The position numbers were made by a program, and so were the translations under genes. Shown in pieces: positions 28,887 to 38,392 of a DNA stretch of 64,000 bases (position 1 is the first letter of the stretch; each line of letters starts with the position of its first letter). A model generated the notes under the pieces. It worked only from the letters and a program-made list of their open reading frames with translations, did no database searches and was not told the DNA's origin. The DNA is taken from NCBI GenBank assembly GCA_913043235.1, contig CAJWLO010000005.1, forward strand, positions 9,597 to 73,596, read 5' to 3'. Source of the stretch: an uncultured Fidelibacterota bacterium. Lineage in GTDB: Bacteria; Fidelibacterota; Marinisomatia; Marinisomatales; UBA1611.

Positions 28887-30647
28887 ATGAGCCAAATGAT
28901 AAAAAGACCAGTAAATCTTAGTAAAATAATTCATTCATTTATTATAATTATTTCATTCTCAGGTATTGAGTTACAAGGACAAGAATTATACGATTTAATT
29001 ATTCGCAATGGAAGATTAATTGATGGTACAGGAAATCCGTGGTTTCAGTCAGATATTGGGGTATCGAATGGCAAAATTGTTGCTATAAAGAATCTTAAAA
29101 ATCAAAAAGCAAATCGGGATATTGATGCAACAGGACTTTATGTTACACCAGGATTTATAGATCTTCATTCTCATGCTGATAGGGCGATGACTTCAGATTT
29201 TATTGAACCTCGTATGGCAAAGAGCTTAACTAGTCAAGGACTTACAACTGTATTAGGAGGGGCAGATGGGAGAAATACAATTTGGCCATTGAGCAAAGAA
29301 ATGGAAGCTTTAAATAGTAAAGGCCATGGCATGAATTTTATTTTAATGGTAGGCCATAGTACTATCCGCCGTGAGGTTATGGGAGATGATTACGAACGAT
29401 TGGCCACTCAGGATGAGATTAAACGAATGAAAGTCCTGCTTAAAGAAGGATTAGAAATGGGTGCTTTTGGAATGGGTGCGGGGCTTGAATATCGACCTGC
29501 ACGTTTTAGTAATACGGAAGAAATTATTGCTCTAGGAAAGGTTATTTCAGACTATAATGGTTTTTATATCGCACATCAGCGGAATGAAGCCATAATGCCG
29601 CTTTCCCAGTTGCCAAGTACAGCCAAAGGTTGGCCTATTGATGGTTTACAGGCTTTGGAAGAAACAATACAAATAGCTCGCGCTACTGGAATTCGGGTAG
29701 TGGGTAGTCATCATAAAGCAAGAGGGAGATCTTCTTTTGGAAGGTCTTCTCATGATATTCAAATAATAAATAATGCTCGAGATGAAGGCCTACAGGTATT
29801 TATTGATGTATATCCATATGAAACATTTGGAGGTGGAGCGAGACCAATGATACCGAAATGGTCTTTGATAGATAAAAATGTTTCTATAGTTGGTGGAAGA
29901 GATGACCCAAAATGGAGTGAAGAAGGTCTGTTCAAAAATTCTAGGAATAATTTAAAACGTAATTGGGCTGATTCTAAAAAACGTGAAATAATTAAAAGAG
30001 ATATTTCTTGGATCGTTGATCATAATGGCGGGCAAGATAGGGTTGTAGTTGTAGACTATCCGGATAAAGATTTTGTAGGAAAAACATTACAGCAAATTGC
30101 TAATGATCGAAATACTACTTATCAAGAAGTAGTTGTTTACATGGCATTAAATGGATATAAGGAAGTAATTGGTGGCGCATGGACACGAGGTTATGGTATA
30201 AATGATATGGATGTAACTAATTACTATAAACAAGATTATACCATTACAAGTTCTGATGCGGCAGTTAGCGGCGTTAAAGATAGAGAGGGGTTCCAATCAG
30301 AACCGGGTGCACACCCGCGTCATTTTGGGGCATTTACACGTCGCATAGCTCGGTATGTTAAAGATTTGAATACAACCACTTTACCATTTGCAATTCGTTC
30401 AATGACTGGTCTTCCTGCAAGTGTTGTTGGGCTAAAAGATCGAGGATATTTAAAGGAGGGTTTTGCTGCTGATATAACAATAATTGATTTCAATAATATT
30501 AGGGATAATGCAACTGTTTTAAACCCAGACCTATATTCGAAAGGTATCGAATATGTAATTATAAATGGAAACTTTACGGTTGATCGAGGTGAGCTTACAG
30601 GTAATTTGCCAGGTAAAATAATTAGGAATGATCATGAAGATTTTTAA
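28887..30647 (+). CDS. D-aminoacylase-like (N-acyl-D-amino-acid deacylase family, Amidohydro_3) amidohydrolase
   Basis: YDLIIRNGRLIDGTGNPWFQSDIGVSNGKIVAI, PGFIDLHSHAD (HxH), and a C-terminal GYLKEGFAADITIIDF pattern. The usual NCG Cys-ligand region reads GGADG here, so it is divergent. Confidence 0.7.
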   Translation: MSQMIKRPVNLSKIIHSFIIIISFSGIELQGQELYDLIIRNGRLIDGTGNPWFQSDIGVSNGKIVAIKNLKNQKANRDIDATGLYVTPGFIDLHSHADRAMTSDFIEPRMAKSLTSQGLTTVLGGADGRNTIWPLSKEMEALNSKGHGMNFILMVGHSTIRREVMGDDYERLATQDEIKRMKVLLKEGLEMGAFGMGAGLEYRPARFSNTEEIIALGKVISDYNGFYIAHQRNEAIMPLSQLPSTAKGWPIDGLQALEETIQIARATGIRVVGSHHKARGRSSFGRSSHDIQIINNARDEGLQVFIDVYPYETFGGGARPMIPKWSLIDKNVSIVGGRDDPKWSEEGLFKNSRNNLKRNWADSKKREIIKRDISWIVDHNGGQDRVVVVDYPDKDFVGKTLQQIANDRNTTYQEVVVYMALNGYKEVIGGAWTRGYGINDMDVTNYYKQDYTITSSDAAVSGVKDREGFQSEPGAHPRHFGAFTRRIARYVKDLNTTTLPFAIRSMTGLPASVVGLKDRGYLKEGFAADITIIDFNNIRDNATVLNPDLYSKGIEYVIINGNFTVDRGELTGNLPGKIIRNDHEDF

Positions 30648-32181
30648 TTGGATAAACAAATCAAACACAATAATACTTAGTATATTCATTGGTCTTCAAC
30701 TAAATAGTTTTATTTTTGCGCAAAATTATTCTAGGCCATCTGAATTCAATGGTTTGGCCTCTTACATACAAAAGGAAATTGTAGATCGCAACCTGCCTTC
30801 TTTAGCTATAGCGGTGGCAAAAGATGGTAAAATTATTTGGGAAGAAGCCTGGGGCATGGCTGATCGTGAAAACCAAATTCCAGCTACTCCTCATACGATG
30901 TATTCATTGGCTTCAATTTCCAAACCAATTACGGCCACGGGAATAATGGTTCTTGTTGAAAAAGGATTAATTGATATAGATGATCCTGCAAATAATTACC
31001 TTGGTTCAGCTCAACTCAATGGACATTCCTTTAATGCCAAAGGTGCTACGGTTAGGCGTTTGTTGGATCACAGTTCTGGGCTTCCACTTCATTACCAGTT
31101 TTTTTATGAAGATGAGCCTTATACAAGACCACCCATGGATATAACTATCATGAGATATGGTAATCTTGTTACAAAGCCTGGGGAGAGATGGCAGTATTCT
31201 AACTTAGGATTTGGAATATTAGATTATATCATTGAGAGAACTTCTGGTCGCTCATATATTGATTTTATGCGAAATGAAGTGTTTTTACCCTTAGGACTTA
31301 ATCATACAACGGTAGATATTGGCCCAGGTCTTGAAAAGTATGCTGCTGTTAGATATAACCCTGAAAATGAACCTATTCCTTTCTATGATTTTGATCATCC
31401 GGGTGCTTCTGCAGTGTTCTCAAGTGCACATGATCTTGTTCGCTTTGGGATGTTTCATTTGAAAAATAACCTTCCAGAACAGCGTCAGATTATTACCACT
31501 AAATCTATAGACATTATGGCGAACGAAAGTTATGCGCGACCTCAAGGAAATATTTCAAGAAAAGAATTTGGCTATGGTTTAGGATGGACAGTAAGAAAAA
31601 ACAATAAAGGATTGAAAATTGTAGGTCATGGTGGAGGAATGGGTGGTGTACGTACCCAGTTGGTTTTATTGCCTGATCAAGATGTTGCTATTGTGATTCT
31701 ATGTAATAAGTATACGTCATTAGTTACGGAATTAGAAAATAAGATTTTGGAGCATTTATTTCCGAAGCAGTTTGAAGCCCCTAGTCAAATCACTTCAAAT
31801 ACAGAAGATGAAAAAGCTAAGGATATAGGTCCTAATAGCATTAAAGAAAAGAAACTTAACGGTATATGGTCTGGGGCAGTACAAACCTATAATGGGGGAA
31901 AAAGGGTCAATTTAAAAATTGATAAATCAGGCTATGCTTTTATTCGAATTGATGACCAACCCTGGTCAGTATTAAATAAACTAAGTTTTGAAAATAATTT
32001 CCTTAATGGTGAGTTTCAAGGTGATCTTGGCACAGATGATGTAAATCGTGTCAAATATAAGCTCAGGCTTGATGTTAAGTATCGCCAAAATAAATTGAAC
32101 GGCGCATTAATTGCGGTACCTGTCCCAGAAAAGCGTGTCCGCAATGCACTAACTCATTGGGTTGAATTAAAAAAGGATTAA
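30628..32181 (+). CDS. S12 serine hydrolase (R61 DD-peptidase / D-aminopeptidase type)
   Basis: ASISKP (SxxK), WQYSNLGF (YxN), VGHGGGMGG (HxG). Signal peptide present. Overlaps the upstream gene by 20 nt; ATG 30634 is an alternative start. Confidence 0.85.
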   Translation: MIMKIFNWINKSNTIILSIFIGLQLNSFIFAQNYSRPSEFNGLASYIQKEIVDRNLPSLAIAVAKDGKIIWEEAWGMADRENQIPATPHTMYSLASISKPITATGIMVLVEKGLIDIDDPANNYLGSAQLNGHSFNAKGATVRRLLDHSSGLPLHYQFFYEDEPYTRPPMDITIMRYGNLVTKPGERWQYSNLGFGILDYIIERTSGRSYIDFMRNEVFLPLGLNHTTVDIGPGLEKYAAVRYNPENEPIPFYDFDHPGASAVFSSAHDLVRFGMFHLKNNLPEQRQIITTKSIDIMANESYARPQGNISRKEFGYGLGWTVRKNNKGLKIVGHGGGMGGVRTQLVLLPDQDVAIVILCNKYTSLVTELENKILEHLFPKQFEAPSQITSNTEDEKAKDIGPNSIKEKKLNGIWSGAVQTYNGGKRVNLKIDKSGYAFIRIDDQPWSVLNKLSFENNFLNGEFQGDLGTDDVNRVKYKLRLDVKYRQNKLNGALIAVPVPEKRVRNALTHWVELKKD

Positions 32182-32184
32182 TTA

Positions 32185-33582
32185 ATGATTATTAAAAGAA
32201 CATTCTTTTATTTAACTCTAGTTTTAATTGGCTGTGAGGGTAATCAGGAAAAAAATGCAGTAGATAATCTTTTTTCAGAATGGAATAAAAACAATTCACC
32301 CGGTGGTTCTTTTGCTATAATTAAAAATGGAAATATTTTATATAAAGGAGGTTTTGGTTATGGAAACTTGGATTACGATTATCCCAATGCTTCCAACTCC
32401 GTTTTTTATTTAGCATCTGTATCCAAACAATTTACTGCGATGGCAATGGCACTTTTAGAGGAGCAAGGTAAAATATCATTGGATGATGATATCCGAAAAT
32501 ACTTTCCTGAGATTCCTGATTATGGTTTCAAAATTACAATACGAAATTTAATCCACCATACAAGTGGACTGCGAGATTACTTAAACCTATGGACTTTAAA
32601 AGGACGATCTTATGCAGATTCTATGGATGAACAAGAAATAATTAATCTCATTGCAAGGCAAAAAGCGCTCAATTTCAATCCCGGTGATGAATACATGTAT
32701 TCTAACTCTGGTTATTTTTTGATGGCAGTGCTCGTAAAAAGAGTGACTGGTATGTCTATTCGTGATTACACAAAAAAATATTTTTTCCAACCTTTAGAGA
32801 TGAACGATACTCATTTCCATGATAACCGTGATATGATCGTAAAAAATCGTGCAGAAAGTTATTATGTAAAAAATGATTCAGTGCTTGAAAGGGTACATAG
32901 TAGTTTTGACTTGGTTGGTTCAGGTGGACTGCTATCTAATATAGATGATTTGATTCTGTGGGATAAAAACTATTATAACAATAAAATTGGATCTGGGGAA
33001 AAATTGATGGAGACAATTCTCACCAAAGGAATATTGAATAATGGGGATACTCTTGATTATGCCTTTGGTCTTGTACACGGGGAGTATAAGGGACTAAAAA
33101 CAATTGGTCACAGTGGTGGTTTTTTAGGATTTAGGACACATATGCTTCGGTTCCCAGATCAGCGATTTTCGGTTATAATTCTTACTAATTTGTTTTCAAT
33201 GAAACCAGGTAATTTGGCTAAAAAAATCAGCGATATTTACTTGGCTGATATATTAGCTGATCCAGATTTTGAGACAAATGAAGAGGAGGTTTCTACCAGT
33301 GAATTAGATGAAACTGATTTTAGAATGGATAATAAGCAACTTTCCAAATTTAGTGGTACGTTCTTTTCACCAGAACTGGAAACATCGTATCATTTTAATA
33401 TGAAAAAGGACACATTGACATGCCAAATTCGTTATTTGGATCCCGTAAGTTTAAATCCAGCAGGTCCTTTTACATTTAAAAAAGATAAATGGATAACGCT
33501 GGAGTTTGAAAAGAATTACAACGGATTTATGCTAAATACTGGTCGGACAAAAAATATAAAATTCAAAAGAAAAAATAATTAA
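32185..33582 (+). CDS. S12 serine hydrolase lipoprotein, paralog of the N-terminal half of 24230-27073
   Basis: Lipobox LVLIGC. ASVSKQF, YMYSNSGY, IGHSGGFLGF. C-terminal FSGTFFSPELETSYHF (DUF3471-like). Confidence 0.85.
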   Translation: MIIKRTFFYLTLVLIGCEGNQEKNAVDNLFSEWNKNNSPGGSFAIIKNGNILYKGGFGYGNLDYDYPNASNSVFYLASVSKQFTAMAMALLEEQGKISLDDDIRKYFPEIPDYGFKITIRNLIHHTSGLRDYLNLWTLKGRSYADSMDEQEIINLIARQKALNFNPGDEYMYSNSGYFLMAVLVKRVTGMSIRDYTKKYFFQPLEMNDTHFHDNRDMIVKNRAESYYVKNDSVLERVHSSFDLVGSGGLLSNIDDLILWDKNYYNNKIGSGEKLMETILTKGILNNGDTLDYAFGLVHGEYKGLKTIGHSGGFLGFRTHMLRFPDQRFSVIILTNLFSMKPGNLAKKISDIYLADILADPDFETNEEEVSTSELDETDFRMDNKQLSKFSGTFFSPELETSYHFNMKKDTLTCQIRYLDPVSLNPAGPFTFKKDKWITLEFEKNYNGFMLNTGRTKNIKFKRKNN

Positions 33583-33635
33583 ATACCTAGAATAATTGGT
33601 AAAATTACTCAGCTGAAATTAGAAGGAGTATAGAT

Positions 33636-36600
33636 ATGAGAATAAACAAACAAGCAATCAACTTTTTAATAGTTGTATTATTATTTCCCACATATTTGCT
33701 AGCTCAAGATAATGTGGAAGAATGGGATGTAACCTTAGCCAGAGGCAAAACGCGAGATATATCTTTCCAGACCAATGAAGGGACTTGGATGTCTGTAGAT
33801 ATTTCACCAAATGGAAAATGGATAGTTTTTGATCTATTGGCTCATATCTATAGAGTTCCTTCAAAAGGTGGTAAAGCAAGCGTGCTTACACAGGAAACCG
33901 GTGTAGCTATCAATTATCATCCACGTTATTCTCCAGATGGTAAATCAATTGCATTTATCTCTGATCGAGCTGGTCAAAATAACCTTTGGATAATGGATGC
34001 TGATGGATCAAACCCCAGATCTATATTTGAAGATTTAAATTTACGTGCAAGCCATCCAACCTGGACACCGGATAGCGAATATATTATTGTATCAAGGCAG
34101 TCAGTAGTTAGAGGCCCGTCCCGAGGTAGAGATTCGGGCATTTATATGTACCATCGTAATGGAGGTAAAGGAATAAAGATAGGCGGTAAAGAACTTCAAG
34201 GTGCAAAATGGCCATCCGTTTCTGAAGATGGAAAATATCTATATTTTCATTTAAGAACGCCTGGACAAACAGTTGCCTGGAATGTTAGTGATATACTTCA
34301 AGGTGCCATCAATATACAAAGATATGAATTTGACACAGGAGAGATCACCCCAGTTACAAGTGGTGCTCCTACAAGACAATTAAGACTTTCCTCTGGAGGG
34401 GCATATGCTCCTGAGATTTCACCTGATGGTCGATGGCTGGCATTTGCAAGACGTATTCCTGATGGTACTATTACTTGGAAAGGTCATGAATTTGGCCCTC
34501 GAACCGCATTATGGCTCCGCGATTTATTAACTGGGGATGAACGAGTAATTATGGACCCTATTGAACAGGATATGACCGAAGGAATGAAAACCATAAGAGT
34601 TTTACCAGCATATAGTTGGGATGCAAAAGGTAATTCTATCATTTTATCCCAAGGTGGTAAGTTAAGGCGTTTGAATGTTAAATCTGGGAAAATTAAAACA
34701 ATCCCCTTTACTGCCAGTGTAAAAAGAACAATTTCTGAGCAGGCTTATAAGCAATTTGATATCTCTGATGAGCCATTTAAGGTGCAATTCACCCGATACC
34801 ATGTTGGTGCCCCGAATGGCAGTGCTGTTGCATTCCAAGCTGTGGGTAAAATATATCTTATGTCTCTTCCAAATGGAACACCAAAAAGATTAACTAATGA
34901 TAATTTTCGTGAATTTGAATATACACCTGCTTTTTCACCAGATGGTAAATGGATAGCATTTGTTAGTGTTGATGAAACTGGAGGCGGTCATTTATGGAAA
35001 GTACGTTCTACAGGTGGTTCTCCTACACGTTTATCAAATATATATGGAGAATATATACATCCTACTTGGAGTTCTGATGGTAAACAGATAGCGCTTGTTA
35101 GAGGTTCTGGCGCTACCGCGAGAACAAGGACTATGATCGATAATCCATACTATGATATCCTTACCATTTCTTCTTCAGGAGGTAAGTTTAAAGAAATCGC
35201 AAGAGTTCCAGTACCAGTTTCATTTGCAAGATCCCAATTTGTTCGACCATCATTTGGGAAAAATAACAGAATATTTTTTCCTCAAATGGGTGTAGGAAGA
35301 TCTGATTCAACTAGATTGATTTCAGTAAATAATAAAGGAAAGGATAAGCGAACACATTTTACTTTCCCACATGCAGACGAAGTCATGATATCTCCGGAAT
35401 CAAAATGGGTTACGTTCAATGAAGGTGATAATATTTATCTTGTGCCAATGCCATTTGAGGGTCTTTTTTCAAGCCCAATAGCTATAGATAAAAAAGATGG
35501 CAAGGGTGCCTTACCAGTAAAAAAATTGAGTGAAGAAGGAGGTATACATCCAAGTTGGCTCAATGAAACTACCGTACAATTTGGAAGCGGCTCACAATAT
35601 TTTACCTATAATATTGAATCTTCAAATAAAGAAACTCATGATATTAATCTTGTTATACCAAGAAATATCCCGCAAGGTACGATTGTTCTTTCGGGTGCCC
35701 GAATCCTTACCATGGATAACCGAAAGGTTATTGATGAGGGTGATATAGTAATAAAAAAAGGAAGGATTGCCTGTTTAGGTAAATGTGATAAATCTAATGC
35801 GGATAAAATTGTTGATTTGCGAGGTAAAACAATTATCCCAGGATTAATTGATATGCATTCACATTTTTATAGGGAATATCGTGGAATTATCCCAATGAAA
35901 ACATTTGAGGCATCAGTGCCATTGGCATACGGCGTTACTTCAAATCTGGATAATTCAATGTGGTCCCAAGATGTCTTTCCGGCTGCGGAAATGATTGAAT
36001 CTGGTGCACTTATTGGTTCTCGCACTTATAGCACCGGGGATCCTTTATACGCAGGAGATGGCCCCAGACAAAATGAATTAACGAGTTATAAAATAACTGA
36101 AGATAATATTAGACGTCTTTCTTCGTGGGGAGCTGTATCACTAAAACAGTATATGCAGCCTCAAAGAAAGCAACGGCAGTGGGTATCAGACATTGCACGA
36201 AAGTATGGGCTAATGGTTACTTCTGAGGGTTCAGACTTACATTATAATTTATCTATGATCATGGATGGGCAAACTGCGTGGGAGCACCCGATTAGTTATA
36301 TGCCAATGTATTCGGATGCTGCAAAATTTTTTGGTAAAGCAAAAACTGTGTATTCTCCTACCTTTATGGTTGGTGGATCAGGCCCGTGGAATGATGAATA
36401 CTTTTTTGCACAATCAGAAGTTTGGAAAGATGAAAAATTAAGATTGTGGATGCCTTGGCAGCAGCTAATTCCGCATAGTCGTAGACGTGAACTGAGAGTT
36501 GATACAGACTATAGTTATCCTTTTTTAGCACAGGTATTGGCAGATATCATGGAAGAAGGTGGACATGGAGCAATTGGATCTCATGGTCAGCAGCATGGGA

Positions 36601-36932
36601 TTGCATCGCATTGGGAGGTCTGGGTGGCTGCCTCAGCAATGGGACCCATGGGTGCATTAGAATTAGGAACAAACGAAGGAGCTTATTTCTTAGGTGCACA
36701 AAATGATATTGGTTCATTGGCAAATGGAAAACTTGCCGATTTAATTGTGTTGAATTCAAATCCATTGGATGATATAAAAAATACACTAGACATAAAGTAT
36801 GTGATGAAAGGTGGGATTTTATATGATGGATTTAATTTAGATGAAATCTGGCCTGAAAAGAAAAAATATGGAGATCGTCCTTGGATTAATGAGGATGCAT
36901 TGCGTCAAGATTCAAGGTCCATAAATAATTGA
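33636..36932 (+). CDS. TolB-like (PD40) beta-propeller protein fused to a canonical amidohydrolase domain
   Basis: Several PD40-type repeats: YSPDGKSIAFISDRAGQNNLWIM, ISPDGRWLAFAR, FSPDGKWIAFVS, WSSDGKQIALV. C-terminal domain with IIPGLIDMHSHFY (HxH) and GKLADLIVLNSNPL. 1098 aa. Confidence 0.85.
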   Translation: MRINKQAINFLIVVLLFPTYLLAQDNVEEWDVTLARGKTRDISFQTNEGTWMSVDISPNGKWIVFDLLAHIYRVPSKGGKASVLTQETGVAINYHPRYSPDGKSIAFISDRAGQNNLWIMDADGSNPRSIFEDLNLRASHPTWTPDSEYIIVSRQSVVRGPSRGRDSGIYMYHRNGGKGIKIGGKELQGAKWPSVSEDGKYLYFHLRTPGQTVAWNVSDILQGAINIQRYEFDTGEITPVTSGAPTRQLRLSSGGAYAPEISPDGRWLAFARRIPDGTITWKGHEFGPRTALWLRDLLTGDERVIMDPIEQDMTEGMKTIRVLPAYSWDAKGNSIILSQGGKLRRLNVKSGKIKTIPFTASVKRTISEQAYKQFDISDEPFKVQFTRYHVGAPNGSAVAFQAVGKIYLMSLPNGTPKRLTNDNFREFEYTPAFSPDGKWIAFVSVDETGGGHLWKVRSTGGSPTRLSNIYGEYIHPTWSSDGKQIALVRGSGATARTRTMIDNPYYDILTISSSGGKFKEIARVPVPVSFARSQFVRPSFGKNNRIFFPQMGVGRSDSTRLISVNNKGKDKRTHFTFPHADEVMISPESKWVTFNEGDNIYLVPMPFEGLFSSPIAIDKKDGKGALPVKKLSEEGGIHPSWLNETTVQFGSGSQYFTYNIESSNKETHDINLVIPRNIPQGTIVLSGARILTMDNRKVIDEGDIVIKKGRIACLGKCDKSNADKIVDLRGKTIIPGLIDMHSHFYREYRGIIPMKTFEASVPLAYGVTSNLDNSMWSQDVFPAAEMIESGALIGSRTYSTGDPLYAGDGPRQNELTSYKITEDNIRRLSSWGAVSLKQYMQPQRKQRQWVSDIARKYGLMVTSEGSDLHYNLSMIMDGQTAWEHPISYMPMYSDAAKFFGKAKTVYSPTFMVGGSGPWNDEYFFAQSEVWKDEKLRLWMPWQQLIPHSRRRELRVDTDYSYPFLAQVLADIMEEGGHGAIGSHGQQHGIASHWEVWVAASAMGPMGALELGTNEGAYFLGAQNDIGSLANGKLADLIVLNSNPLDDIKNTLDIKYVMKGGILYDGFNLDEIWPEKKKYGDRPWINEDALRQDSRSINN

Positions 36933-36953
36933 AAGCATTGAAAGGGATTAATT

Positions 36954-38390
36954 ATGAATAGAGGAATAACTAAACTAACCTTTATTTTTCTGATTCTAAT
37001 TGGTTTTTTATATGGTAAATCAAATGATCGCTTGGCTATTGTTGGTGCGACGATAATTGATGGAACAGGAAAAACTCCAATCCCCAATGGAACCATCCTG
37101 ATAGAAAATGGGATAATTAAAGCAGTTGGTAAAAAGAAGGATATAAGAATCCCTGCTAACTTTAACGAGATTAAGGCAAGAGGTAAATTCTTAATACCAG
37201 GTTTGATGGATGCGAACCTTCATTTGTTTTTAAATATTGATTTAGAAACATTGATAAAACATGAAGATCGCTATCATGAGATAGTAATTGAAGCGGCCCA
37301 AATTGCATTAAAGACCGGTCAGACAACAGTATTTGATACTTGGGGTCCGAGGGCCGCACTGGTGCAAGCTAGAGATATGATTAATGACGGTCAGGTACCA
37401 GGGAGCAGAATTTACCTTGCTGGAAACATAATTGGATTTGATGGTCCATTGTCAGCAGATTTTCGTGCCCAAGCAGCACCATATGTGAGCAAGGCTTTTG
37501 TAAAACGCATTGAAGACGCATGGGTAGAAAATACAGGTCGTTCATTACTTTGGATGACTCCTAATGAAGTACGATCGATTATCAAAGACTATACAACTAA
37601 GAGCATGGATTTTCTCAAGTATGGAGCTAGCGGACATAAAGATATGAATTTTATTTCATTTTCTGAACGTGTCCAGCGGGTTATTGTTGAAGAAGGCCAT
37701 AGAGCTGGAATGACCGTACAAACTCACACGACCTCGGTTGAGAGTTTAGATATGGCGATTGAAGCTGGGGTTGATATTGTTACACATGGCGGTATATCAG
37801 GGCCTACAACTCCTATACCTGATGAAACTATTCAAAAGTTAGTTGATAGAAATGTAGCTATCTCTGCTTTAGCTATAACGCAAAAGCGTTTGGATGCGTT
37901 AATTGAGCATGCACCTAGTAGTACTCTAACACCCTACATGAAAATTCAAAAGACTAATCATGAGAATATGATTAAGGCAGGTGTTATTTTGTTAGTTTCA
38001 ACCGATGCCGGTATTCAAAATCCAGTATTGACTGCGGAATCAGATAATCCATCTGTCTTAATTGATCCACGAACGAAACTTGGTGAGGGACATTTTAATG
38101 CGCTACTTGCTTTTGAGGAGCGAGGTATGAAGCCAATGGAAATTTTAAAATCTGCTACCAGTCATATTGCTCAAGCCTATGAATTAGAAGATGAAATTGG
38201 GACTTTAGAATCTGGCAAAATTGCTGATATGGTTCTTCTTAACGCAAACCCACTTAAAAGTGCAAAAAATTATCGCAAAATAGACATGGTGATTAAAGAA
38301 GGTAAAGTTGTTGATCTTGACGCGCTTCCAATTGCGCCAATTATCAGTTCTATGGAGGTGTCACCAACTGAAACGGATGAAAAGAGGTGA
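36954..38390 (+). CDS. amidohydrolase-family protein with degenerate first metal motif (NxH in place of HxH)
   Basis: AIVGATIIDGTGKTPIPNGTILIENGIIKAVGK, then IPGLMDANLHLF where HxH is expected. C-terminal GKIADMVLLNANPL. Signal peptide present. Confidence 0.8.
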   Translation: MNRGITKLTFIFLILIGFLYGKSNDRLAIVGATIIDGTGKTPIPNGTILIENGIIKAVGKKKDIRIPANFNEIKARGKFLIPGLMDANLHLFLNIDLETLIKHEDRYHEIVIEAAQIALKTGQTTVFDTWGPRAALVQARDMINDGQVPGSRIYLAGNIIGFDGPLSADFRAQAAPYVSKAFVKRIEDAWVENTGRSLLWMTPNEVRSIIKDYTTKSMDFLKYGASGHKDMNFISFSERVQRVIVEEGHRAGMTVQTHTTSVESLDMAIEAGVDIVTHGGISGPTTPIPDETIQKLVDRNVAISALAITQKRLDALIEHAPSSTLTPYMKIQKTNHENMIKAGVILLVSTDAGIQNPVLTAESDNPSVLIDPRTKLGEGHFNALLAFEERGMKPMEILKSATSHIAQAYELEDEIGTLESGKIADMVLLNANPLKSAKNYRKIDMVIKEGKVVDLDALPIAPIISSMEVSPTETDEKR

Positions 38391-38392
38391 GC

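Noticed and set aside
33621-33634. Identical 14-nt leader AGAAGGAGTATAGA placed 1 nt before the ATG at both 33636 and 54754 (second copy at 54739-54752)
   Set aside because: It is a strong SD plus an AT-rich spacer. Fourteen nucleotides is short, and the upstream flanks differ. Most likely coincidence or selection for the same optimal RBS, not a repeat element.
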